This document shows positions 55,732 through 64,000 of a stretch of 64,000 nucleotides of DNA, in pieces. Source of the DNA: a virus (Duplodnaviria > Heunggongvirae > Uroviricota > Caudoviricetes); IMG/VR virus record IMGVR_UViG_3300021979_000001, positions 2,948-66,947 of that record; one strand, given 5' to 3'. Positions within the stretch are counted from its first letter, which is position 1. Each line of letters begins with the position of its first letter. The position numbers and the translations under genes were made by a program. Below the pieces are notes generated by a model that was not told the origin of the DNA, searched no databases, and saw only the letters and a list, made by a program, of their open reading frames with translations.

Positions 55732-55915
55732 ATGTCTTATATAATCGCGTTTGATAGTGGTCCTGCTCTGCCATACGAAGCATCACATCTTGAATGTCGT
55801 CCTCGTTATTATATGTGATTTCTACCCCATCATCATATATCGCATCAATATGAGTGATAATATCGTGTATGTTCGTATGTTGATTGATGTTTGTAATAAC
55901 CCCGTCTCTAATCAT
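55730..55915 (-). CDS. hypothetical small protein
   Basis: 61-aa ORF only. Confidence 0.35.
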   Translation of the reverse strand: MIRDGVITNINQHTNIHDIITHIDAIYDDGVEITYNNEDDIQDVMLRMAEQDHYQTRLYKT

Positions 55916-56089
55916 TGAAAATCCTTGTGTTTATGCATTTGGGTCGTGGTTCTTATAGGGTATTTAGACAATGAAAATCCGATTTTATATAAAAAATGTG
56001 CATTTTTATTAAAAAAGTGATTGACGTTATCCAAATAACTGCTAATCTTCATTTTATCGGAACAAAGGAACGTAGAAAGGACTAAAGAA

Positions 56090-56875
56090 GTGAACCGTCC
56101 AACCAAGACATTTATGGCTTTTATGATGGTGGCAACACTGTCCGCGTGTGCCGATGTCAATAAAGTTGATCGGGGAGATTTTGGTTCTTTTGAACGTTCG
56201 CTGAACCATAAAAGTTATGGTTATCAATTGATTGATGATCCGACTGGTTCAGCACCAACTGCACAAGTAGAGCGGTTTGAAGTTCGCGATGGTGATTGTG
56301 CGAATGATTTCACGTGGAGTGATTGCGCAACCCATCGCGAACGGTCCGAGGTTAAACAACCGCCGAAAATGCGGCGGTTATCCGAAGGAACACACCAGTG
56401 GTATAGCTGGTATATATACGTCCCGAAAGGGACACCTTCGATCAATCCGGGAAATAACTGCATGGCGCAGTTTCACAACTCGGGTTCAAATGAAACAGCG
56501 TTTATGTTTCAACATGGTTTAGGTGGGTATTACTTCGACAACCATTTATTCCGCGATGCCAACTATGTTGTTTTGGTCCCAAAAGGTCAATTCGATGGAA
56601 AATGGCATCATATTGAAGTCGAAGTTTTTTGGTCGCGAAACGGCCAGAAAGGTTTTGTTAATGTGTGGGCCAATGGCGACCAAAAAGTCGCGTGGAAGGG
56701 GGTAACCCTTCGGGCTGGGGATGCATACTTTAAGTATGGTATTTATCGGTCGCACCTTGATCGCTTTGACAAGGTGTATCCCGGTAAAAAACATCCAACA
56801 CAAATTGCCATGTATGCCGGGGTGCGTGCCGGTGAAACGCGGGCTGATGTTCAAATACCCGCTTCCAACTTCTGA
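56090..56875 (+). CDS. Lipoprotein with polysaccharide-lyase-like (ConA-like jelly-roll) domain
   Basis: AAGGA SD and GTG start. Lipobox in MAFMMVATLSAC. RERSEV, WYSWYIYVP, GKWHHIEVEVFWS and YFKYGIYRS. GC content is above the flanks. Confidence 0.5.
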   Translation: MNRPTKTFMAFMMVATLSACADVNKVDRGDFGSFERSLNHKSYGYQLIDDPTGSAPTAQVERFEVRDGDCANDFTWSDCATHRERSEVKQPPKMRRLSEGTHQWYSWYIYVPKGTPSINPGNNCMAQFHNSGSNETAFMFQHGLGGYYFDNHLFRDANYVVLVPKGQFDGKWHHIEVEVFWSRNGQKGFVNVWANGDQKVAWKGVTLRAGDAYFKYGIYRSHLDRFDKVYPGKKHPTQIAMYAGVRAGETRADVQIPASNF

Positions 56876-56887
56876 AAGGACGTTCTT

Positions 56888-57343
56888 ATGAACGAAGATT
56901 CCAACAACATTATTACCGTAACAAACAACATCGTGACCGCCTACCTTGCGAACAACAGCATCGACTACGCTGACCTGCCTGACTTTATCATCAACGTGTC
57001 AAACGCGGTCCGGGGCGTTGAAGAAAGCGCGTCGGTCTCTGGCAACATTACCATCAACGACACCCCGGCCCCGGCCCCAACTGAAAAGCCGAAACCTGCG
57101 GTTTCAATCAAGAAATCCATTGGCGACGATTTCATCATCTGTCTGGAAGACGGGAAGAAATTGAAAATGCTGAAACGCCACCTTCGGACCACCTACAACA
57201 TGACCCCGGACGAATACCGGGCCAAATGGGGCCTGCCCGCAGATTACCCGATGGTTTGCCCGAACTACGCCCAACAGCGCTCCGAACTGGCCCGCCAAAA
57301 TGGCCTTGGTCGCAAAGCTGGCTCCAAAAAGGCGGACGCCTAA
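56888..57343 (+). CDS. mucR: Ros/MucR family transcriptional regulator (variant metal site)
   Basis: ICLEDGKKLKMLKRHLRTTYNMTPDEYRAKWGLPADYPMVCPNYAQQRSELARQNGLG. Confidence 0.8.
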   Translation: MNEDSNNIITVTNNIVTAYLANNSIDYADLPDFIINVSNAVRGVEESASVSGNITINDTPAPAPTEKPKPAVSIKKSIGDDFIICLEDGKKLKMLKRHLRTTYNMTPDEYRAKWGLPADYPMVCPNYAQQRSELARQNGLGRKAGSKKADA

Positions 57344-58641
57344 CGCCGGATAACAATCGGCTTATTGGATGCCTTCTTCTTTTTTTCACCTCGATCTGAT
57401 GGGGCGTAAATCCCATAATCCCCATCAGGATCGAACCCAGACCCAAAGGAGCCGGTTAATGGCTTCGAAACACTCGCAATATTCGCCGCAGCGGTCGCCC
57501 CCGCTGTGGCGTTTTCTTTTATAGACCCAGAACCATCATTGATTAAACCAAATAATTTTTTTATGGCATTCGCATTTTCACTGCTACTATATGCAATAAC
57601 ATTAGAAATTGACAGTTTGGTTTTTGCCATTAAAATACGCAATTCACGCATTTGTTTGTCAGATGGTTTATCAATAATATTCCATTCAACTTTCATCGCC
57701 ACATCCTGGATGAAATACCTCAATTCTCGATCAGATTTTCCCAAATATTCCAAATCACGTTTAATAATAGTCCCATACGTATTCCATGATGGTAAAATAG
57801 TTGACGTGATACCATTTTTATATGCATTAAACATGCGGTTTATTTTAGTTATATATTCATTACGGTTTAGTGTAGGGTCCGACGACAATATAACTAAGTT
57901 TGCAAATTTGTTAATATATGATAATATTTCTTTTCCGCGTCTTTCATATTCAGCATTCCCCAATGCTCGAAATTCAACAACGCCATTTTCTCGCATGTTA
58001 ATTGATGTTAATGTCGGAATTGTGTTAATAACGTCTTCACCAAATTTTCTCATATCTTTAATTACAGCATTAACCCCACGTTCACCTGAAAATACGTCAT
58101 CTTTTGGTGAAAATTCTAATGATCTGTTCAGCCTTGGTAAAAGTTGGTCCACATACTGGTTTCCAACCCGGTCAAATTGTTTAAGGGTATATGTTTCATC
58201 ATAAAACAAAGCCATTTTCAGCAAGTCATAATCTGATTTTGATTTTCCCCTGATCGCAATATTAACGTGTAATCCAGTGGTATAATTGGTTATCCACTTG
58301 GCCGATTGAATAAGATCAAACACTTTTTGCATCGTCGAAAGACCATCATTAAACGAAAAGGGTGGAGAAACAATTTCGACGCCATGTTCATCATTCCCCA
58401 TAACCGATATATCTGGTTCAATCATCCAAACATTAGTTGGTTTATTTTTAACCTTATTATTATTAATAACGATTTTATCAGATGTGATTGTTTTTAGTTT
58501 TTTTGCAACATCATTAAATGCATCCGCCATCGTTAGACCATTTACCAAAATCTCAAACTCAAAACCAATAGTCAATAAATCCGATGATATGTAATCCGCC
58601 TTGTTTATTTTAAGTTCGGTGATAATATCATGATACCGCAT
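57340..58641 (-). CDS. Amidoligase-like (glutamine-synthetase-fold) protein
   Basis: TIGFEFEILV, MIEPDISV..GVEIVSPPF and TTGLHVNIA resemble the Amidoligase_2 family blocks. Confidence 0.45.
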   Translation of the reverse strand: MRYHDIITELKINKADYISSDLLTIGFEFEILVNGLTMADAFNDVAKKLKTITSDKIVINNNKVKNKPTNVWMIEPDISVMGNDEHGVEIVSPPFSFNDGLSTMQKVFDLIQSAKWITNYTTGLHVNIAIRGKSKSDYDLLKMALFYDETYTLKQFDRVGNQYVDQLLPRLNRSLEFSPKDDVFSGERGVNAVIKDMRKFGEDVINTIPTLTSINMRENGVVEFRALGNAEYERRGKEILSYINKFANLVILSSDPTLNRNEYITKINRMFNAYKNGITSTILPSWNTYGTIIKRDLEYLGKSDRELRYFIQDVAMKVEWNIIDKPSDKQMRELRILMAKTKLSISNVIAYSSSENANAIKKLFGLINDGSGSIKENATAGATAAANIASVSKPLTGSFGSGFDPDGDYGIYAPSDRGEKKKKASNKPIVIRR

Positions 58642-59388
58642 TCATTTATTCTTTCGGTTGGATATTGCATATGATGCTGCTGCCCCAGCGGCAACTGCGG
58701 CAAGTCCAGACAAAAAACTGGTTTTCAATTTGCTGTTTTTCTTTAGCATAGGTTCCTGGCATCCTTCGCCAGTTTCAGGATTGCACACATCATCCAGTTC
58801 AAGGTCATGTTGTCTTGCAATACGGTTCAGATATGGCAATAATTCAGACCTTGGCGCACGAACACGCAATAACTGCAACAATCGGGTCATGGCTAATTGC
58901 CGGTCAGTTTTCCCCAAATCAGGCCAATCCATCACCAATCTACGAATAGCCCGAAATGATCCGTTCTTAATTTTAAAGGTATAGTCCATTCGGGTGAATA
59001 ATCGTTTGGTAACATCGGACCTGGATTGGTTTAGTGATCCTGCCCGCATCCATCGATACAGATTGTCATAATCAATCACAATGTTATCGCGATATTTGTT
59101 ACTTTCTGCTTCATGTTTAAGCACCACATCCGGGGCATATATTGAATGCAAAATGGAATATAGATCGGTTCCATTAACCCGCCATCTATCAAAATTATCG
59201 AATTGTATTGTTTTTCTAAGATATGGACGTGCCCAGCTTTCCGTTTCATCTTCTGCCAATAAAATACGAATGGCACAAACATAAAGATACAATAATTCCA
59301 CCATATCTTCGGCTGATTTTCTCGTCAACGCGTTTTTTGACGGAAATAAATTGCTTTCTGATAAATTTCCAATAAAATCATATGTCAT
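58642..59388 (-). CDS. hypothetical protein with C-terminal TM segment
   Basis: 248-aa ORF ending LSGLAAVAAGAAASYAI. Confidence 0.5.
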   Translation of the reverse strand: MTYDFIGNLSESNLFPSKNALTRKSAEDMVELLYLYVCAIRILLAEDETESWARPYLRKTIQFDNFDRWRVNGTDLYSILHSIYAPDVVLKHEAESNKYRDNIVIDYDNLYRWMRAGSLNQSRSDVTKRLFTRMDYTFKIKNGSFRAIRRLVMDWPDLGKTDRQLAMTRLLQLLRVRAPRSELLPYLNRIARQHDLELDDVCNPETGEGCQEPMLKKNSKLKTSFLSGLAAVAAGAAASYAISNRKNK

Positions 59389-59411
59389 TATGTTGTGCCA
59401 TCAATAAATTA

Positions 59412-60575
59412 TTATTTCATATTCGCGATAATTGCTGCCAGGACTTTTGATAATCTACCCGAACCAAGTTCACTAATTCGTTTTGAAAAATCTTCCAGAT
59501 TTCCATTGGTTTCATTATATATCTGATTGATTTCATCCCGATACCGGTCAACCCCCAATGATCGTAATGTTTTATCCAGTTTTGATCTATCAATTGTCGA
59601 GCGACTAATACCCGATGCGTAATCATGGCGTTTTAATTTTTCAGATTTTTTAAAGTTTGGTTCTTCTCGGCCATAACTATTACGTCCTGCATTATTGCCA
59701 TTATCAGGAGAATCATTATAATCGTCTTCATTATCATAATTATTTTCCTGGCGGTTCATCAAGATTGTTCGGGCCAGGGCGATCCAAATATTTTCCAATT
59801 CAGAATCAGATAATGGCCTATTTTCGTAAAGCATATTAAATGTTTCTGTGATCGTATCCTTACCCCGAATATTATTCTCAACCAGATACGTTGCGATATT
59901 GATTGCCATTTTTGCTTCTTTAATAGTCATTCTGGACAATTCTGGAATTTTATTAAGGACAACAGGGTTCTTTTTTAATGCTTTCAAAAATGTAATAACA
60001 CGTGCTTTCTCATTACCACCATAATCATTTGCATGATTAATGAGTTCTTTTACAGCACTAAACACTTGTCCTTTATTAACATTATCTGATTTAATTGAGG
60101 ATACGATAGATTTCATCACATCCGTTTGATATTTATTAACGGTTTGGCTGACTTTACTTTGTGGCAATTTTGGATCAGAGACCTTTGCTTGCGGTGTTTT
60201 TTGTCCACGGTTATCCATTGCTGCCTGGGAATTATCAGTAGTAGTGCCTTGGGAATTATCTGATGATGCTGATTGATTATTGTCTTTAGATGTTGCAGAC
60301 ATATCAGATGTGCGTTGTGGATTAATGTTGTATTTTTTTAAAAATTGTGCAACTGAATTTTGATCTTGTTGTAGACCCTGTGCGCCAATAAATTTATTAT
60401 ATTCTTGACTTAGTTTACCGGCCATTTTACGAATCTCTAACCGACCGTCTGCTTTTTTGCTTCCTAATGCACCCAGGGCGGCATCACGGGTAATCGCCCC
60501 GGCACGACCAAGACGCGTTTTAAGCATGTCACCCAACCCGGCTTCAAGAATGATCTTTTCCATTTCTGGCGTCAT
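59412..60575 (-). CDS. hypothetical protein
   Basis: 387-aa ORF. Confidence 0.55.
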   Translation of the reverse strand: MTPEMEKIILEAGLGDMLKTRLGRAGAITRDAALGALGSKKADGRLEIRKMAGKLSQEYNKFIGAQGLQQDQNSVAQFLKKYNINPQRTSDMSATSKDNNQSASSDNSQGTTTDNSQAAMDNRGQKTPQAKVSDPKLPQSKVSQTVNKYQTDVMKSIVSSIKSDNVNKGQVFSAVKELINHANDYGGNEKARVITFLKALKKNPVVLNKIPELSRMTIKEAKMAINIATYLVENNIRGKDTITETFNMLYENRPLSDSELENIWIALARTILMNRQENNYDNEDDYNDSPDNGNNAGRNSYGREEPNFKKSEKLKRHDYASGISRSTIDRSKLDKTLRSLGVDRYRDEINQIYNETNGNLEDFSKRISELGSGRLSKVLAAIIANMK

Positions 60576-60576
60576 A

Positions 60577-60843
60577 TTAATTATCCTCTTTGTTTCTTTT
60601 TGTTTCTTGTATTTTTTTTAATTTACGACCAAATTTATCAGCATCATTGCTTTTGATCGCATGAAACAACCGACGGGTTAAATCTACCGATTCTTCTTCG
60701 GTATAACTTTCTTCGATCAGACGCACCAAATTTGCGACACTGCCAATTACTTGACTAGCACGACTTTCAATGAACAAATCACGGTCCCGTATAGGTGCAT
60801 AATCAGTTAATTCGGATAATATGCTTTTGAATTTTTTATCCAT
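60577..60843 (-). CDS. hypothetical protein
   Basis: 88-aa ORF, tightly packed with its neighbours. Confidence 0.5.
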   Translation of the reverse strand: MDKKFKSILSELTDYAPIRDRDLFIESRASQVIGSVANLVRLIEESYTEEESVDLTRRLFHAIKSNDADKFGRKLKKIQETKRNKEDN

Positions 60844-60844
60844 G

Positions 60845-61144
60845 TTATTCGCGGCCCCGTTTATGACGTTCTATAATTGTTTCTATCATTCCGGCAGCAA
60901 GTGACATCCCAGATTCAACACCAAAGGCGTAATCTCCTTCACTATTTTCATAGTGGGACTTCAATCGAAACACCAAATCGTCAAGATCAATAATAATTTT
61001 TTCAAATGCATCATCACTTTGTTCAATGTCTTCACAAATGTCATCGTCAATATATTCTTCACCAAACACGATATTATTATATCCTTCATTAAGTTTTATG
61101 ATTTCCGACATGTAATCTGATAAATTATCCACTACGCGCACCAA
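60845..61144 (-). CDS. hypothetical acidic protein
   Basis: 99-aa ORF. Confidence 0.5.
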   Translation of the reverse strand: MVRVVDNLSDYMSEIIKLNEGYNNIVFGEEYIDDDICEDIEQSDDAFEKIIIDLDDLVFRLKSHYENSEGDYAFGVESGMSLAAGMIETIIERHKRGRE

Positions 61145-61205
61145 TTAATTTCCACTATTTATTTAGTATTTTCAAATTGATGCTACGATAACTTTTATGT
61201 TTCCC

Positions 61206-61243
61206 AAAAAGCAAGTGCCAGATAATTATTAATTACCTGGCAC
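61206..61243 (-). terminator. Terminator candidate after the helicase gene
   Basis: On the minus strand: GTGCCAG, a 15-nt loop, CTGGCAC, then TTGCTTTTT. Confidence 0.4.
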
Positions 61244-61251
61244 CAGTTTCA

Positions 61252-62637
61252 TTATTTATTATTTGATCGATTGATCAATGCCATAATACTGTCTCTGGGT
61301 GAATTGATCTGCGGTGATGCAACTGCATTAGTAGTTGTCGTGTTACTTTTTTGTAGTGATGAAGTAGGTGTAGTGGATTTTCCACTAAAGCTATTAAGCA
61401 TGGTATCGGGATCATCTGTTATCCGCATCGAATTAACATCATATGCCAGACGTATTTTTTGACCAACCGCAGCGGCAGAACGGGTTTTAAGAAACTGCAA
61501 TTCATATTTTCCAGTTTCGCGCATGGCAGTCGTGGTATAAATACCAAACACGTTATCAGCGGTGTTAATTTTTGAGATGCCGCCCGCAATATGTGAATGG
61601 TCAAATTCCTGCGCTTCAACCGAATTACGGTTCAACTGCGATGCTGTTGCACACAAAACATCATATTCACCAACCAGCGCCCGCAATTCTTCTGATACAT
61701 ATTTGTCTTTAACAAACAAGTCAGATGGATTGATTTTATTACTATTCGGGTGAAGCAAATCAAGATAGTCAACAACAATCGCATCCGGGCGAAACCCCAT
61801 TTCGATTTCAAATTGTTTTAGATATGCCCGCAAATCATTTGCATTGGTCCCTGCTTCTGGGAGTTTTTTAATAAAAATTTTACCATATTTTGCCGCAGTG
61901 GTTTTAATTTGAATCGATGCTTGGTTAATGTTACCCATCACTTGCTTAGTTGACGTGTTTGTTACCATCGCATCCATACGTATAGATACAAGCGTTTCAG
62001 CAAGTTCCAGGGTGAAATAAACAACTGTTTTTCCCTGGGTCGCCCAGTTTAGCGCAATGTTTTGTAAGAATAGTGATTTCCCGGAACCAGAACCCCCCGC
62101 AAAAACGTTTAATGCACCTTTAGTGAAACCACCATACAGCTTATCATCAAGCGCCTGCCATCCGGTTGATACAAAATTGGATTTATCACGTAGCGTTTCC
62201 AATCGTCCTTGTGGATCATCAAAGTAATCGGTGCCAAGATCAGTCGTAATGCTAATCGTCATTGCATCTTTAATGCGTCTTTCTACTTCGGACCCTTGGC
62301 CCGCCCGCAATAAATCAACACCATCAAGGATGATGTTTTCTAGGGCACGATACCGACAAAATTGTTCAATTGTATCCAGATACCATTGTGAATGCTGTTC
62401 AGAAACAACACTCGCATTTGTCAGAACTACATTAGTAGTTGCAGCAACCTGTTCCACCGTAGGAAGGGAGCGATATTTCTCACTGAACCCAAGAATGTAT
62501 TTAACTGCGGGGCGCAATCTGTCATCAAAGTATTCAGGTTGAATTATATTTTGACTCATAGTAAAGGCAGCAGAATCAGACAACATATATCCAATGAGAA
62601 GACGCTGAACGTCTTCTCCGTATTCTTTTAAATCCAT
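61252..62637 (-). CDS. DnaB-family replicative helicase (T4 gp41-like)
   Basis: Walker A GGSGSGKSLF, Walker B IVVDYLDLL, and a DnaB-like N-terminal domain. Confidence 0.85.
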   Translation of the reverse strand: MDLKEYGEDVQRLLIGYMLSDSAAFTMSQNIIQPEYFDDRLRPAVKYILGFSEKYRSLPTVEQVAATTNVVLTNASVVSEQHSQWYLDTIEQFCRYRALENIILDGVDLLRAGQGSEVERRIKDAMTISITTDLGTDYFDDPQGRLETLRDKSNFVSTGWQALDDKLYGGFTKGALNVFAGGSGSGKSLFLQNIALNWATQGKTVVYFTLELAETLVSIRMDAMVTNTSTKQVMGNINQASIQIKTTAAKYGKIFIKKLPEAGTNANDLRAYLKQFEIEMGFRPDAIVVDYLDLLHPNSNKINPSDLFVKDKYVSEELRALVGEYDVLCATASQLNRNSVEAQEFDHSHIAGGISKINTADNVFGIYTTTAMRETGKYELQFLKTRSAAAVGQKIRLAYDVNSMRITDDPDTMLNSFSGKSTTPTSSLQKSNTTTTNAVASPQINSPRDSIMALINRSNNK

Positions 62638-62659
62638 TTTTATAAATTCCTAAAAATAA

Positions 62660-63721
62660 TTAAATTAATGCTTTTTGTTTTACTTTAATCATTGCTTCAT
62701 TATTAGTTGCAGTTTCAATAATTGACCGCAACGTATAGATACGCCCATATCGTTTTACTGCATCATCCACATCTTTTACATCAGAATCCCACCAACCCGT
62801 GCTACGAAGCCGGGGGAATGATACCATCCATTTATATTGTAATGCGGTATCAATCATGCGCTGTCCTTGGGTATCGCGATCAGATACCAAAATTGGAATT
62901 TTACCAGATTGATTGATCCAGGCAGCTTGTTTTTCATTCAGTTTTGCACCAAGAGTAGATATACCATCTATCGCGATGGCATCAAAAATACCTTCCACAA
63001 TAATGACATATTTTCTTGATGCGGTTAAAACCCGACTATTAAACAAAATATCCGAAGGAATATTAGACCAGTATTTGGGACGAATTTTTTCATCACATGA
63101 TCGGGCAGACCAACCAACCAGCATACCTTCATGGTATATCGGAATTATTATACGACGGTTCATCTTGTGTTTTTGATCCGGGGACCAAAAATAGGTAGAC
63201 CCATTTAGAACCGTATCCCCACGATTGATTAAATATTCTGCAACCGCAAGAAAATCTGGATCAGAACAACCAGTCGTGGCGAGTTTTTCTATACTTTTTG
63301 CTTTTGGTGGCAATGATACCCTCTTGAATGAGGGTGTGAAATCAACATTGAAATGGCTCTGCACCTCGACTGAACTGCGTTCAATCATTCTCCGAACCGT
63401 TAGCATATGATGTGATAATCGTTTTACTTCCAATGATGAAATGCCAATTTCAACCATAAAATCCCGTAGATTTCGCGAAATTGTTTCACCTGGAACCCAG
63501 GACGTTTTGAACCCGCAATTGAAGCAATAAATACCAACACCACGAAAGTTTTTCTTGATACCACATCTCATTCTGGTATCACAACTTTCGCCACGGGAAA
63601 CACACATAGGGCAATTAATGTTCACAAAACTAGTCCCGGAACGCTTTCGTTTCCCAGGAATAGCAGCAACAATCGCTGCCCAAAGAAGATCATCCCCGGA
63701 TAATTGATCAATATATGACAT
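62660..63721 (-). CDS. DNA primase (zinc finger + TOPRIM, T4 gp61-like)
   Basis: CPMCVSRGES...CFNCGF zinc motif and IIVEGIFDAIAI..VSDRD TOPRIM. GAAGG SD before the ATG at 63721. Confidence 0.8.
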   Translation of the reverse strand: MSYIDQLSGDDLLWAAIVAAIPGKRKRSGTSFVNINCPMCVSRGESCDTRMRCGIKKNFRGVGIYCFNCGFKTSWVPGETISRNLRDFMVEIGISSLEVKRLSHHMLTVRRMIERSSVEVQSHFNVDFTPSFKRVSLPPKAKSIEKLATTGCSDPDFLAVAEYLINRGDTVLNGSTYFWSPDQKHKMNRRIIIPIYHEGMLVGWSARSCDEKIRPKYWSNIPSDILFNSRVLTASRKYVIIVEGIFDAIAIDGISTLGAKLNEKQAAWINQSGKIPILVSDRDTQGQRMIDTALQYKWMVSFPRLRSTGWWDSDVKDVDDAVKRYGRIYTLRSIIETATNNEAMIKVKQKALI

Positions 63722-63775
63722 TAAAAACCTTCGGTCTTGATTATGACTAATAATACCCAATCCGATAGATTAAAG

Positions 63776-64000
63776 TCAATTTTTAAAAAGAATCTTTGTT
63801 ACTGTCCCTGATGCCGCAACATAAACAAATCTCACCCACCGCAATTGAGCGGTGAACGTTTTTGAAATGGTATCAACTTGATTGTAGACAACAAAAGTTT
63901 CAATTGGAAACCACTCAATATCAGTTGTTGATGGTTGATCTTCTATCGATCCTTCGATAATTACACTACCAGTGAAATCATCAAAATAAAATGCAACCGT
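63776..64000 (-). CDS. hypothetical protein, 3' end only
   Basis: Hand-translated open frame ...EWFPIETFVVYNQVDTISKTFTAQLRWVRFVYVAASGTVTKILFKN ending in a stop. Its start lies beyond the right edge. Confidence 0.4.
   Translation of the reverse strand, partial: TVAFYFDDFTGSVIIEGSIEDQPSTTDIEWFPIETFVVYNQVDTISKTFTAQLRWVRFVYVAASGTVTKILFKN

Noticed and set aside
55912-56160. An 82-aa minus-strand ORF
   Set aside because: It overlaps the start of the lipoprotein gene (56090..), which has an SD box and a lipobox, by about 70 nt on the opposite strand. It has no SD box or recognisable motif.

Overview
This window looks like part of a large AT-rich dsDNA phage genome. The replication and nucleotide genes are T4-like: a primase followed by a DnaB-type helicase, class Ia RNR NrdA and NrdB, and a PAAR spike-tip protein. 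A Ros/MucR regulator and several GC-rich islands hint at an alphaproteobacterial host, but that is inference only. The main result is at 1-18594 on the minus strand. It holds a tandem array of about 65 minigenes: 59 intact, 5 decayed and 1 cut by the left edge. Each encodes a 15-25 aa non-repetitive N-terminal leader-like segment followed by a strict period-2 Gly-X repeat core, where X is mostly Y, D, H, N, S or F. Each has its own SD-like box, and many also have a promoter-like box. Two paralogous radical SAM/SPASM-like enzymes lie nearby, each with putative tailoring genes. The first (21579-22667) sits with a methyltransferase-like gene, three GT-A-like paralogs and a NodH/Stf0-like sulfotransferase. 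The second (50881-51966) sits with a methyltransferase and a 2OG-Fe(II) oxygenase. I interpret this as a candidate phage-encoded multi-precursor peptide (RiPP-like) library, and that is a hypothesis. Other notable items: an EcoRV-family restriction endonuclease with no methyltransferase in the window, and no GATATC anywhere in the 64 kb on a manual scan. NrdA is split by a split intein. There is a 2TM K+ channel with an RCK domain, five tandem paralogous 2-TM membrane proteins, a 2H phosphoesterase (LigT/Acb1-like), an amidoligase-like protein, an NYN/LabA-like GC island, and a probably zinc-less MucR variant beside a polysaccharide-lyase-like lipoprotein. No tRNA, rRNA or CRISPR was recognised. 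All calls come from reading the sequence and recalling motifs; no database search was run.
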